A stretch of DNA of 28,509 nt from a virus (taxonomy: Duplodnaviria > Caudoviricetes), in the IMG/VR virus record IMGVR_UViG_3300020045_015702, positions 1-28,509 of that record. One strand, written 5' to 3'. Both the position numbers and the translations under genes were made by a program. Of the stretch, positions 18,152 to 26,801 are shown in pieces; position 1 is the first letter of the stretch; each line of letters begins with the position of its first letter. The notes below the pieces were generated by a model that had not been told where the DNA came from, made no database searches, and was given only the letters and a program-made list of their open reading frames with translations.

Positions 18152-18532
18152 ATGGACTACACAGAAATCAAAACATTTGAAGATGCTTGCAATGCCATTG
18201 GACTTCAACAACCGGAATTAGTAATTCCAGATTTTTCATTGTTTCCTGAATCAGACAGAAAGGCAATGATTGCACACGCAAAATTGGTGATCATCGCCAA
18301 AGCCATAAATGGTGATTGGGTACCAGATTGGACAAATGGCGAATGGGATAAATACTTTCCTTGGTTCAGGATGGGTTCTTCTTCGGGGGTCGGTTTTTCG
18401 TACGGCGCCTGCGATTATTGGTATTCGTGTTCGGATGTCGGCTCGCGCCTTTGCTTTGAAACAAGAGAAAAAGCGAAGTATGCAGGAACACAATTTGAAG
18501 AATTGTACAAAATCTATTTTGTAAAAGAATAA
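18152..18532 (+). CDS. DGR target protein 2
   Basis: Contains VR2; paralog of 17673-18149. Confidence 0.9.
   Translation: MDYTEIKTFEDACNAIGLQQPELVIPDFSLFPESDRKAMIAHAKLVIIAKAINGDWVPDWTNGEWDKYFPWFRMGSSSGVGFSYGACDYWYSCSDVGSRLCFETREKAKYAGTQFEELYKIYFVKE
18374..18450 (+). repeat. DGR variable repeat VR2
   Basis: 77 nt, 14 mismatches to TR, all at TR adenines. Confidence 0.95.
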
Positions 18533-18540
18533 GGAATTAA

Positions 18541-18745
18541 GGTTGTGTGGTGTCGTTGCTGTAGTTCTTCTTCAGGGGTCAGTTTTTCGTACAACGACTA
18601 CGATAATTGGAATTCGAATTCGAATGTCAGCTCGCACCTGGGCTTAAAATATTATACACCACAGACCTTGCCAACACGGCAAAAAAACACAAAATTAATA
18701 GGTTCGCCGGTAATGAAAATGAAAGCGAACCAATCAAAGCAAAGT
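18541..18745 (+). ncRNA. DGR template RNA (5' arm, TR, spacer hairpins)
   Basis: TGTGGTGT 18546-53 pairs with ACACCACA 18656-63; hairpins TTGCC/GGCAA 18668-82 and GGTTCGC/GCGAACC 18701-31. Confidence 0.7.
18563..18639 (+). repeat. DGR template repeat TR
   Basis: agttcttcttca...gtcagctcgcacct with 19 adenines, rich in AAY codons, between targets and RT. Confidence 0.95.
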
Positions 18746-19708
18746 ATGAAACGATTCAAAAATATATACCAACAAATTATTTCACCAGAAAACCTAATCC
18801 TTGCGGAAGCGAAAGCACGAAAAGGCAAAGCCAAACAATACGGTGTCAAGGTTTTTGATAAAAACCCACAGGAAAACCTTGCGGAACTTCACAAGATGTT
18901 GCTTGAAAAAAGATATCAAACATCAGAATACACCACTTTCAAAATCTTTGAACCCAAAGAAAGGCTAGTTTTTAGATTGCCATACTTTCCGGACCGCATC
19001 ACACATCACGCTGTTATGAATGTTTTGGAGCCAATATTCCACAAATTATTCACGGCTGATACTTACAGTTGTATCAAAGGAAGAGGAATTCACGGAGCTG
19101 CCAACAATCTTAAAAAAGCATTGAAGGACCAGGAGAATACAAAATACTGTTTGAAATTGGATATAGTCAAGTTTTATCCAAATGTAGATCACCAAGTTCT
19201 AAAGCAGTTATTGAGAAAAAAGTTTAAAGACCAGGATTTACTTTGGTTGTTGGATGAAATTATTGATAGTGCTGACGGTTTACCGATTGGTAATTATTTA
19301 AGTCAATATTTTGCAAACTATTACCTCACTTATTTTGATCATTGGATAAAAGAAAACAAGGAGGTGAAGTATTATTTCCGGTATGCTGATGACATCATAA
19401 TTCTTTCGAACAACAAACCACATCTTCACGAACTGTTGGCAGAAATTAAACAGTATTTAAACGAGAATTTAAAGCTTCAGATCAAAGGGAATTATCAATT
19501 ATTTCCGGTTGAAGCACGTGGAATTGATTTCGTGGGATATAAGTTCTACCATACGCACACAATGCTTCGGAAATCAATCAAAAAAAGATTTGCCAAAGCA
19601 ATATCAAAAACAAAAAACAAAGCCACAATAGCCGCTTATTTCGGATGGGCAAAACATTGCAATTCAAAACACTTATTAAAAAAACTAATACCCAATGAAC
19701 AATTTTAA
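18746..19708 (+). CDS. DGR reverse transcriptase (320 aa from ATG 18746)
   Basis: EPKER, FPDRITHHA, SCIKGRG.H, LKLDIVKFYPNVDH, GLPIGNYLSQ, YFRYADD, GIDFVGY motifs; adjacent TR/VRs. Confidence 0.95.
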   Translation: MKRFKNIYQQIISPENLILAEAKARKGKAKQYGVKVFDKNPQENLAELHKMLLEKRYQTSEYTTFKIFEPKERLVFRLPYFPDRITHHAVMNVLEPIFHKLFTADTYSCIKGRGIHGAANNLKKALKDQENTKYCLKLDIVKFYPNVDHQVLKQLLRKKFKDQDLLWLLDEIIDSADGLPIGNYLSQYFANYYLTYFDHWIKENKEVKYYFRYADDIIILSNNKPHLHELLAEIKQYLNENLKLQIKGNYQLFPVEARGIDFVGYKFYHTHTMLRKSIKKRFAKAISKTKNKATIAAYFGWAKHCNSKHLLKKLIPNEQF

Positions 19709-19985
19709 AGACTTCGGCATAACAGCAAAATCAGAAACTTTTGTCGGAGACAAAAAAAAGATGTCAAAATTACTGAATACTGAAATAATTGTATTGAAAC
19801 ATAAAATAGGACCATCTGTGTACAAGGGTTTGAGATTGGATTTGCAGATAAAGGTAAATGATGTTTTAATGATTACTTGGACAAGTTCAGATTTTCTAAT
19901 TCAAATGATTAACAGTATTCCAGAAAGTGGATTTCCTTTTAAAACCGTGATTAAAGAAATTAACGAACATTATGAATTCACCTAA
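19695..19985 (+). CDS. Small protein overlapping RT end, candidate DGR accessory
   Basis: 14-nt overlap with RT; 96 aa with a beta-strand-like pattern. Confidence 0.55.
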   Translation: MNNFKDFGITAKSETFVGDKKKMSKLLNTEIIVLKHKIGPSVYKGLRLDLQIKVNDVLMITWTSSDFLIQMINSIPESGFPFKTVIKEINEHYEFT

Positions 19986-19991
19986 AACGCT

Positions 19992-20441
19992 ATGATCTAC
20001 AACGCCACAAATCTACTTCAAAGAAAACAGGCAATTGAAAAGCTAAATTATTTCATTGCCAACGAAAAAACTTTCGAACTCAAGGCAAAGCATCCTAAAA
20101 GGAGTATTTCCCAAAACAGCTACCTGCATTTAATCCTGACTTGGTTTGGTATTGAAACGGGTTACTCGATGGAAGAAGTAAAACAGGAAATTTTCAAGAA
20201 GCACGTCAATTCAGTCATTTTTTATGAAGGAGAATTTGAGGGTAAAATTCAAGGATTCAAAATCGAACGTTGGCGAAGTACTGCAAGTTTAGACACCGCC
20301 GAAATGACTTTAGCAATCGATAGATTCAGGAATTTTTCGAGCAATGATCTTGGGATTTACCTGCCAGAACCTAAAGAGTTGGCATTGCTTCAAGACTTGG
20401 AAAACGAAATTAGTAAACACTCAAATCAAGAATATTTATGA
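19992..20441 (+). CDS. NinB/Orf-like recombination mediator
   Basis: KRSISQNSYLH...RSTASLDTAEM...GIYLPEP motifs. Confidence 0.65.
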   Translation: MIYNATNLLQRKQAIEKLNYFIANEKTFELKAKHPKRSISQNSYLHLILTWFGIETGYSMEEVKQEIFKKHVNSVIFYEGEFEGKIQGFKIERWRSTASLDTAEMTLAIDRFRNFSSNDLGIYLPEPKELALLQDLENEISKHSNQEYL

Positions 20442-20707
20442 GCATCTTCATTGGAAAAATTGTAAAAATTGAGGAAGAAAACATTGGGTCCAAACACTAC
20501 AAGAAAGTGGTAACACTCGAAAAAGACAGCGAAACATCTTTTTTTGAATTCAGAAATGGAGTGACAATGAAATTCTTGAACGGGTTTGTAGATGGCCAAA
20601 ATGTAGCCATCACCTACCTGCATCAAGGTAAAAAAACAAAAGCGGGTATGAGGTGTAATAATCTCGTGGCTCAAACAATCGAAAAAATAGAATACACCAA
20701 TATTTGA
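20438..20707 (+). CDS. Small OB-fold/SSB-like protein (DUF3127-like)
   Basis: GKIVKI...FEF...GQNVAITY...G...NNL pattern. Confidence 0.45.
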   Translation: MSIFIGKIVKIEEENIGSKHYKKVVTLEKDSETSFFEFRNGVTMKFLNGFVDGQNVAITYLHQGKKTKAGMRCNNLVAQTIEKIEYTNI

Positions 20708-20723
20708 AATAAAACAACGCATT

Positions 20724-21158
20724 ATGCAAAGAGAATTAGGAAAGGATATTCAAGATCCTAAAAGTCGAGTTGCTTTTTTGACAGATAACTGCGATTCCAT
20801 TGAATCCAAAGGTTATATGAAAAGGTTTACTCCTGAACAGTTGCTGAAAATGAAAGAAGAACTTTCAGAAAAGGCAATTAAAATAAACGACATAGAAGTG
20901 GAAAAAAAGGCGGTCAACAGAGAATTTGGCGCAAGTCTTAAACCTCTTGTTGAAGAGCAAAAATCAATTCTTTCTGGTTTGAAAAACAAGTCTGAACACG
21001 TTACGGAACGTTGTTTCAAATTTATTGATTTGGAAAACCGTGAGGTTGGTTTCTATAATGAAGATGGAGAATTGATTGAAAGCCGTCCTGCTTATGCCGA
21101 TGAACTTCAAGGCAATATTTTCAAGGAAATAAGAAAAACCGGAACAGACAACATTTAA
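20724..21158 (+). CDS. Hypothetical phage protein
   Basis: 144-aa ORF with coiled coil and GFYNEDGELIESRP motif. Confidence 0.65.
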   Translation: MQRELGKDIQDPKSRVAFLTDNCDSIESKGYMKRFTPEQLLKMKEELSEKAIKINDIEVEKKAVNREFGASLKPLVEEQKSILSGLKNKSEHVTERCFKFIDLENREVGFYNEDGELIESRPAYADELQGNIFKEIRKTGTDNI

Positions 21159-21186
21159 TCTAAAAACCACTTAAAAAATTATAATT

Positions 21187-21930
21187 ATGAAAAATGAAAA
21201 GTTAGAATTGAATTTTGCTGAAGGTATTTCAAAAGCGGAAATTGTAATTCGTGAAGTTGACAAAGTAAACGAGCTGGAAGTAAAAGCTCCATTGAAATTA
21301 AACATCGAAGGTGTCATTGGTACCGTTCAGGAATTCTTGGATAAAAGAAAGGATCAAGAAGAACAAATAAACCAAAAGCGTTGCCACATTCTTGTGAACC
21401 GTGAAAAGATAAGCATTGAACTTGTTTACAATGAAAACAACGAGTACCAAATCGGATTCATCAAAGGAACTTTAGAGCAGCACCCAAAATTTAAAGAGTT
21501 TGGAATCAATTCGAGTAAAGTCTGGACACCGGAAGAATTAGGATTATTTTTTAAAATGAACCGTTCATTTTTTCCAGACAAGGCCGAAAATATGAAACTC
21601 GTTTCTGAATTAATGAACTTCAAAGCTAAAATTAACAGCAATATTGAGCGTTCAGTAAAAGAAAGCGGAAGTTTGACAGACAATTTCAGTCAAGTTGTAA
21701 ACAGTAATTTGCCGCCTTCTTTTGTGCTTACTATTCCAATTTTCAAAGGCACACAAGCTGAAACATTAGAAGTTGAAACCTTCGCACAAATAAGTGGCCG
21801 TGATGTTCAATTCGTTCTATTATCTCCAGCAGCCAACCAAACAATGGAAGACATCAGAGATAAAGTTGTCGATGAACAACTTGGAAAAATTAGAGAAATA
21901 TGTCCAGATATTGCGATCATCGAGCAATAA
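21187..21930 (+). CDS. Hypothetical phage protein
   Basis: 247-aa ORF, LP.SF.L.IPIFKG motif. Confidence 0.65.
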   Translation: MKNEKLELNFAEGISKAEIVIREVDKVNELEVKAPLKLNIEGVIGTVQEFLDKRKDQEEQINQKRCHILVNREKISIELVYNENNEYQIGFIKGTLEQHPKFKEFGINSSKVWTPEELGLFFKMNRSFFPDKAENMKLVSELMNFKAKINSNIERSVKESGSLTDNFSQVVNSNLPPSFVLTIPIFKGTQAETLEVETFAQISGRDVQFVLLSPAANQTMEDIRDKVVDEQLGKIREICPDIAIIEQ

Positions 21931-21937
21931 AAAACAG

Positions 21938-21973
21938 ATTCCCATCAGCCTTTTGGTTGGTGGGAATTTTTTT
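21938..21973 (+). terminator. Intrinsic terminator
   Basis: attcccatcagcc-tttt-ggttggtgggaat followed by a T run. Confidence 0.85.
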
Positions 21974-22020
21974 AAAACAGGATTTCAAACCTATTTTTTC
22001 AATTTAAGAAAAAGATAATT

Positions 22021-22704
22021 ATGGCAGAAAATAAGAAATCATTTGTTGCTTATGCAGACTGGAAAAACACCTTTCAAATGCTTACGGATGAAGAGGCTGG
22101 AAAACTTGTAAAACACTTATTATCATACGTTAACGATGAAAACCCAGAACTCAATGACCGGTTTTTAAAGATGGCTTTTGAACCTATTAAACTTCAGTTA
22201 AAAAGAGATTTACATAAGTACGAAACGGTCAAAGAAAAGAGGTCTAAAGCAGGGATAAAAAGTGCTGAAATAAGGAAACAAAACGCAACAAATTCAACAA
22301 GTGTTGAAAGTGTTCAACACACGGCAACAAATTCAACTGTTAATGATACTGTTACTGTTAATGTAAATGATACTGTTACTGATACTGTAACTGATATTCT
22401 TTTAGAAAAAGAAACAAAAGAAGAATTTAAAAAAATTTCGATTTCTAAAAATGAAATTTTTGGCAAAGAAGTATTGGAAAGTGAAAGTTGGATTGAAACC
22501 ATTTCGATGCAAAACAGAATCACTCCAGAAGAAATTCCAAAATGGATTGACGACTTCAACAAAAAACTGATAACCGAAATAGACACCAAAATTTCAAAAA
22601 AAGAATACGCCTCGCATTTTTCGAGATGGCTTCCTGGTGAAATTTCGAAAACCAAAAAAACAGCGACAAATGGAAAACTCCAAACAGGATCACGAAACCG
22701 TTAA
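22021..22704 (+). CDS. Replication initiator (DUF6291-like N-terminus)
   Basis: KKSFVAY.DW...LTDEEAGKL...KRSKAG..S; low-complexity VNDTVT linker with DNA repeats. Confidence 0.75.
   Translation: MAENKKSFVAYADWKNTFQMLTDEEAGKLVKHLLSYVNDENPELNDRFLKMAFEPIKLQLKRDLHKYETVKEKRSKAGIKSAEIRKQNATNSTSVESVQHTATNSTVNDTVTVNVNDTVTDTVTDILLEKETKEEFKKISISKNEIFGKEVLESESWIETISMQNRITPEEIPKWIDDFNKKLITEIDTKISKKEYASHFSRWLPGEISKTKKTATNGKLQTGSRNR
22285..22397. repeat. Putative origin repeats inside the initiator
   Basis: GCAACAAATTCAAC at 22285 and 22324; GTGTTGAA/TTCAACAC inverted at 22301-22320; tandem gatactgt repeats. Confidence 0.55.
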
Positions 22705-23563
22705 AAGCATTTCAACCGAAATATTCTCAAGTGTCAAATCCTTGATTGGATTTAATCGATACACGTTTTTGAAATCGTTGGCAATCGAAGATTTAAGCGA
22801 AGAAGAATCTTTACAGATAAAAAACTACGAAGAAAAACACTTTCAGTCACCGGAACAAAAACAGAATCAAATCGATTATTGGAAAAAAGTAAGAAGTTCA
22901 GTTGACCAAACCGAGAAGAAATTCACCAAAAAAGAACTTTGGGATTTGTTTCTCAAAACGTTTAAAGAAATCCACTCCAAAGATTTCATATACAACGATG
23001 AAATTATCGAAAACATAAAACCATTGATGTTTTACTTCTTGAAAGATGATCGTTTTTTTTCGTGCCAAAACCTTTCCAGTTTGTCAGAACCGAGTTTTGA
23101 AAAAGGTTTGTTGATTATCGGGAATTACGGCAACGGCAAAACAGCTGCAATGGCAGTTTTTGAAAAGATTTTTAAAGGCGTGAAATCAACTTCTTTCAAA
23201 GGGTTTTCTTCCAATGAAGTGGTTAATATGTTTGAAAAAATAAATCCAAACCTCAAAGAACAGATTTTGACCAGGGCAGAATTTGACAAGATGATGCACA
23301 CTGGAAAACGGTATTTCGATGATGTGAAAACGGAACGGGATGCTTCCAACTTTGGCAAAATGAACTTGATGAAAGATATTCTTGAAGTCAGGGAAAAAAA
23401 CAATCTCTTAACACACATCACCTGCAATTTCAAGGATGGTTTTGAAAACAACATACAAGCTGGACTGGATGAATTTGAAGATAGATACGGAAGCAGGTTG
23501 TATGACAGGCTGTTTAAAATGTTCAACATCATTGAGTTTAAAGGAAAAAGTTTCAGAAGATAA
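22670..23563 (+). CDS. P-loop ATPase, DnaC/IstB-like helicase loader
   Basis: KGLLIIGNYGNGKT, YFDDV, THITCN, RYGSRLYDRLFKMFN...GKSFRR; ATG 22670 preferred over GTG 22637. Confidence 0.8.
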   Translation: MENSKQDHETVKSISTEIFSSVKSLIGFNRYTFLKSLAIEDLSEEESLQIKNYEEKHFQSPEQKQNQIDYWKKVRSSVDQTEKKFTKKELWDLFLKTFKEIHSKDFIYNDEIIENIKPLMFYFLKDDRFFSCQNLSSLSEPSFEKGLLIIGNYGNGKTAAMAVFEKIFKGVKSTSFKGFSSNEVVNMFEKINPNLKEQILTRAEFDKMMHTGKRYFDDVKTERDASNFGKMNLMKDILEVREKNNLLTHITCNFKDGFENNIQAGLDEFEDRYGSRLYDRLFKMFNIIEFKGKSFRR

Positions 23564-23572
23564 ATTTTAATT

Positions 23573-23791
23573 ATGGAAAAAAATTATAGAGGAGTCAGTT
23601 ACAATCGAGATAATCATCAATTTTCTTCAATAGTGAGCCACAAAGGAAAAACGTACCGATGCGGATTTCACGACACCCAAAAAGCCGCTGCCATTGCCAG
23701 GGATACGGTAATAATTACTCACGGATTAGATGTTCCGTTGCAAGTTTTGAAGCCAGTTTCTAAAGTTAAACCTAAAAAAAAGCAAGTATGA
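23573..23791 (+). CDS. AP2-domain DNA-binding protein
   Basis: YRGVSY...KGKTYRCGFHDTQKAAAIARD. Confidence 0.7.
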   Translation: MEKNYRGVSYNRDNHQFSSIVSHKGKTYRCGFHDTQKAAAIARDTVIITHGLDVPLQVLKPVSKVKPKKKQV

Positions 23792-24153
23792 CACCATTCG
23801 AAATCACGAACGAAGCAGTAGAACAAGTCGAAGACAACAACAAAGTCTATTGTGAAAAACTTTGCGCCTTTGCCGAGGTTTGGGTAAAAACACAGATGAA
23901 GCAGTTCACCGCCGATGATTTGAAAAAAGCCTATTTCAAAGCTGGAAACCCGCCACCATCACAGCCTAGTGTGTTTGGAGTGCCTTTCAGGAAATTATCG
24001 AAAAGTCAACAGATTTTTGATACCGAAAGAACCCAAAAAAGCACTTTCAAGGAAGCACACCAAAGGCCGTTGCGGATTTGGATAAGCAAGGAATTCAAAC
24101 AAAAGCAATCCAATAACGCCCAAAAAGAGCAAACGTTAAACTTGTTTCAATAA
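23788..24153 (+). CDS. Hypothetical protein
   Basis: ATGA-coupled ORF. Confidence 0.6.
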   Translation: MTPFEITNEAVEQVEDNNKVYCEKLCAFAEVWVKTQMKQFTADDLKKAYFKAGNPPPSQPSVFGVPFRKLSKSQQIFDTERTQKSTFKEAHQRPLRIWISKEFKQKQSNNAQKEQTLNLFQ

Positions 24154-24161
24154 AAAAATCA

Positions 24162-26801
24162 ATGATAAATATTAGAAAATCAGTTAAGGATTATAAAGAA
24201 TTCTTGGAAAAAAAGATTGTCGTTGCTGGAACTTTTGGCACCGAAATAGACAAAGCCAAAATAAATCCAATCGCTTTGCCACACCAAAAAGACATCATTC
24301 ATTGGGCAATTTCAGGTGGGAGACGTGCCATTTTTGCCAGCTTTGGATTGGGAAAAACATTGATGCAGCTGGAAATCGCCAGATTGATCATCAAACACAC
24401 CGGAAAACCTTTTTTGATTTGTATGCCGTTGGGAGTGGTTGGAGAATTCCGTGATGACAACGAACTTTTAGGTTCTGAATTTCCAATAAAATACATCACC
24501 GATACCGACAGCATAAAAGTTAAGCAAATTGAGTTGAAAGCGGTTAAAGCTGTCGAAGATGGAAACGAAAATGATTTAGAAAAAATAGCTGAAGATTATG
24601 TTTTCGCATTGCAATCTGAAGAAGATGTGTGCGATGTTTCAGAACTGGCCATTTACGTCACCAATTACGAAAGAGTTCGAAAAGGAGATATCAATCCAGA
24701 TTTCTTTGGAGGTGTTTCGTTTGATGAAGCTTCGATCTTGAGAAACTTGAAAACAGAAACCACGAATTATGTTTTGAAGCATTTCAGGAAAATAAACTAT
24801 CGCTTTGTTGCCACTGCCACGCCAACACCAAATGATTTCATCGAAATCCTGAATTATGCCGATTATCTGGGAGTGATTGACCGTGGACACGCATTGACAA
24901 GATTCTTTCAAAGAGATGCCACCAAGGCCGGCCATCTTACTTTGTATCCCAACAAAAAAGAAGAATTCTGGAAATGGGTTTCTTCTTGGGCAGTTTTCAT
25001 CAACAAACCATCGGATTTGGGTTATGATGATACGGGATATAATTTGCCAAAATTGAACTTCCACGAAATTGAAATCGAAAATGATCCTGAAGGAGTGGTT
25101 ACCAACAAAGATGGAAAAATTGTTTTATTCAAGGATACCACAAAAAGCCTTGTCGATACTTCCAGGGAGAAAAAAGACAGTATTGATATTCGGGTCCAAA
25201 AAACATTCGACTTGGTAAACGAAAAACCAGATGCCAACTGGATTTTGTGGCACCATCGGGAAGCCGAAAGAGATTCATTGGAAAAGAAATTCAAGGATTT
25301 CGATTTAAAATCGGTTTACGGTTCCCAAACCAATACCGAAAAAGAAAACCTTTTGATTGACTTCAAGCATTCCAAGTTTCAAATCCTTTCTACCAAACCC
25401 GAAATAGCTGGAAGCGGTTGCAACTTTCAGCACGCTTGCCATAATATGGTTTTTGTGGGTATCGATTACAAGTTCAACAACTTCATACAAGCCATTCACC
25501 GATGCTACAGGTTCAAACAAGAGTTTGAGGTGAATGTGTATGCCATTTTCACGAATAATGAAAGAGAAGTGCTTAAAACGCTTAAAGAGAAATGGAAAAA
25601 CCATATCGAATTGCAAACCGAAATGATAAACATAGTCCGAGAGTTTGGACTTAACACCGACAAAATTACAGCTGATATGAAAAGACAGATTTTTAAAAAT
25701 AAAAGAAGTGCCACCATAGGAAATGCAAAAGTGTTCAATGATGATACCATCAACGTTCACAACGAAATGGCAGATGATTCAACTGATATGATTCTGACCT
25801 CAATTCCTTTTGGAGATCATTATGAGTATTCAGATAATTACAATGATTTTGGTCACAACAACGGAAACGAGGAATTTTTCAAACAAATGGATTTCCTCAC
25901 ACCCAATCTGTTGCGAACCTTGAAGCCTGGAAAAATAGCTGCCATTCACGTGAAAGACAGGATTCGTTATTCATACCAAAACGGAACTTCATTTACCACC
26001 ATCGACGATTTCAGCGGTAAAACAGTGGCTCATTTTGTAAAACACGGATTTTATTTGGTTGGAAAAATCACCGTGACAACGGACGTAGTTCGTGAAAACA
26101 ATCAAACCTATCGATTGGGATGGTCCGAGCAATGCAAGGATGCGACCAAGATGGGTGTTGGTTTGCCAGAATACGTTTTGCTTTTCAGAAAAAGACCAAG
26201 TGAAATGAATAATGCTTATGCAGATGAGCCTTGCATCAAGACCAAAGAAGAATACACCATCGATAAATGGCAAATGGATGCTCACGCTTATTGGAAATCA
26301 TCGGGTGATCGCTTTATGAGTTTTGAGGAACTTTCGACAGCCGAAATGAAAACGGTTTTTAATCGCTGGAGAGAATTCGACAAAGAAAACATCTACAACT
26401 TCCAGGAACATTTGAAAGTGTGCAGCGACTTGGAAAAAGCGGGAAAATTGAGCCGATTGTTTATGACTATCCCACCCACATCGAACACGGATATGGTTTG
26501 GACGGATGTAAACAGGATGTTGACTTTGAACGCCAACCAAGCCAATCGAAAAAAGGAAAAGCACATTTGCCCTTTGCAATTGGATATCATCGAAAGATTG
26601 ATAAACCGATTCACGATGAAAGGCGACGTGGTAGATGATCCTTTTGGCGGTTTGTTTTCCACGGCTTACAAAGCGTTGGAAATGGAGCGAAAAGCGATTT
26701 CAGCAGAATTAAACCCAAATTATTACGATGATGGTTTGTTTTACCTGAAATCTATCGAGTACAAAATCAATGTTCCAACGCTTTTTGATTTGGCGGTATA
26801 A
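24162..26801 (+). CDS. SNF2-like helicase fused to N4/N6 DNA methyltransferase
   Basis: GLGKT, DEAS, TATP, QAIHRCYR helicase motifs; TSIPF, KHICPLQ and DDPFGG methylase motifs. Confidence 0.85.
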   Translation: MINIRKSVKDYKEFLEKKIVVAGTFGTEIDKAKINPIALPHQKDIIHWAISGGRRAIFASFGLGKTLMQLEIARLIIKHTGKPFLICMPLGVVGEFRDDNELLGSEFPIKYITDTDSIKVKQIELKAVKAVEDGNENDLEKIAEDYVFALQSEEDVCDVSELAIYVTNYERVRKGDINPDFFGGVSFDEASILRNLKTETTNYVLKHFRKINYRFVATATPTPNDFIEILNYADYLGVIDRGHALTRFFQRDATKAGHLTLYPNKKEEFWKWVSSWAVFINKPSDLGYDDTGYNLPKLNFHEIEIENDPEGVVTNKDGKIVLFKDTTKSLVDTSREKKDSIDIRVQKTFDLVNEKPDANWILWHHREAERDSLEKKFKDFDLKSVYGSQTNTEKENLLIDFKHSKFQILSTKPEIAGSGCNFQHACHNMVFVGIDYKFNNFIQAIHRCYRFKQEFEVNVYAIFTNNEREVLKTLKEKWKNHIELQTEMINIVREFGLNTDKITADMKRQIFKNKRSATIGNAKVFNDDTINVHNEMADDSTDMILTSIPFGDHYEYSDNYNDFGHNNGNEEFFKQMDFLTPNLLRTLKPGKIAAIHVKDRIRYSYQNGTSFTTIDDFSGKTVAHFVKHGFYLVGKITVTTDVVRENNQTYRLGWSEQCKDATKMGVGLPEYVLLFRKRPSEMNNAYADEPCIKTKEEYTIDKWQMDAHAYWKSSGDRFMSFEELSTAEMKTVFNRWREFDKENIYNFQEHLKVCSDLEKAGKLSRLFMTIPPTSNTDMVWTDVNRMLTLNANQANRKKEKHICPLQLDIIERLINRFTMKGDVVDDPFGGLFSTAYKALEMERKAISAELNPNYYDDGLFYLKSIEYKINVPTLFDLAV

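Larger units (their letters stand above)
17673..19985 (+). mobile_element. Diversity-generating retroelement cassette (target1-target2-TR-RT-candidate accessory)
   Basis: Adenine-specific TR/VR divergence plus RT. Confidence 0.9.

Noticed and set aside
18545-18745. 67-aa N-terminal extension of the RT from GTG 18545, reading through TR in frame
   Set aside because: TR is stop-free in the VR frame by design and the region folds as template RNA. MKRFKNIY at 18746 is a typical DGR RT start. Translation of the extension is not excluded but is unsupported.
18746-19708. RT as group II intron, retron or Abi RT
   Set aside because: Short RT without maturase/endonuclease extension, with a GNxxSQ motif and adjacent A-specific TR/VR pairs, which identifies a DGR
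22340-22397. Short tandem repeats as a CRISPR array
   Set aside because: In-frame low-complexity linker with no repeat-spacer periodicity; no cas genes
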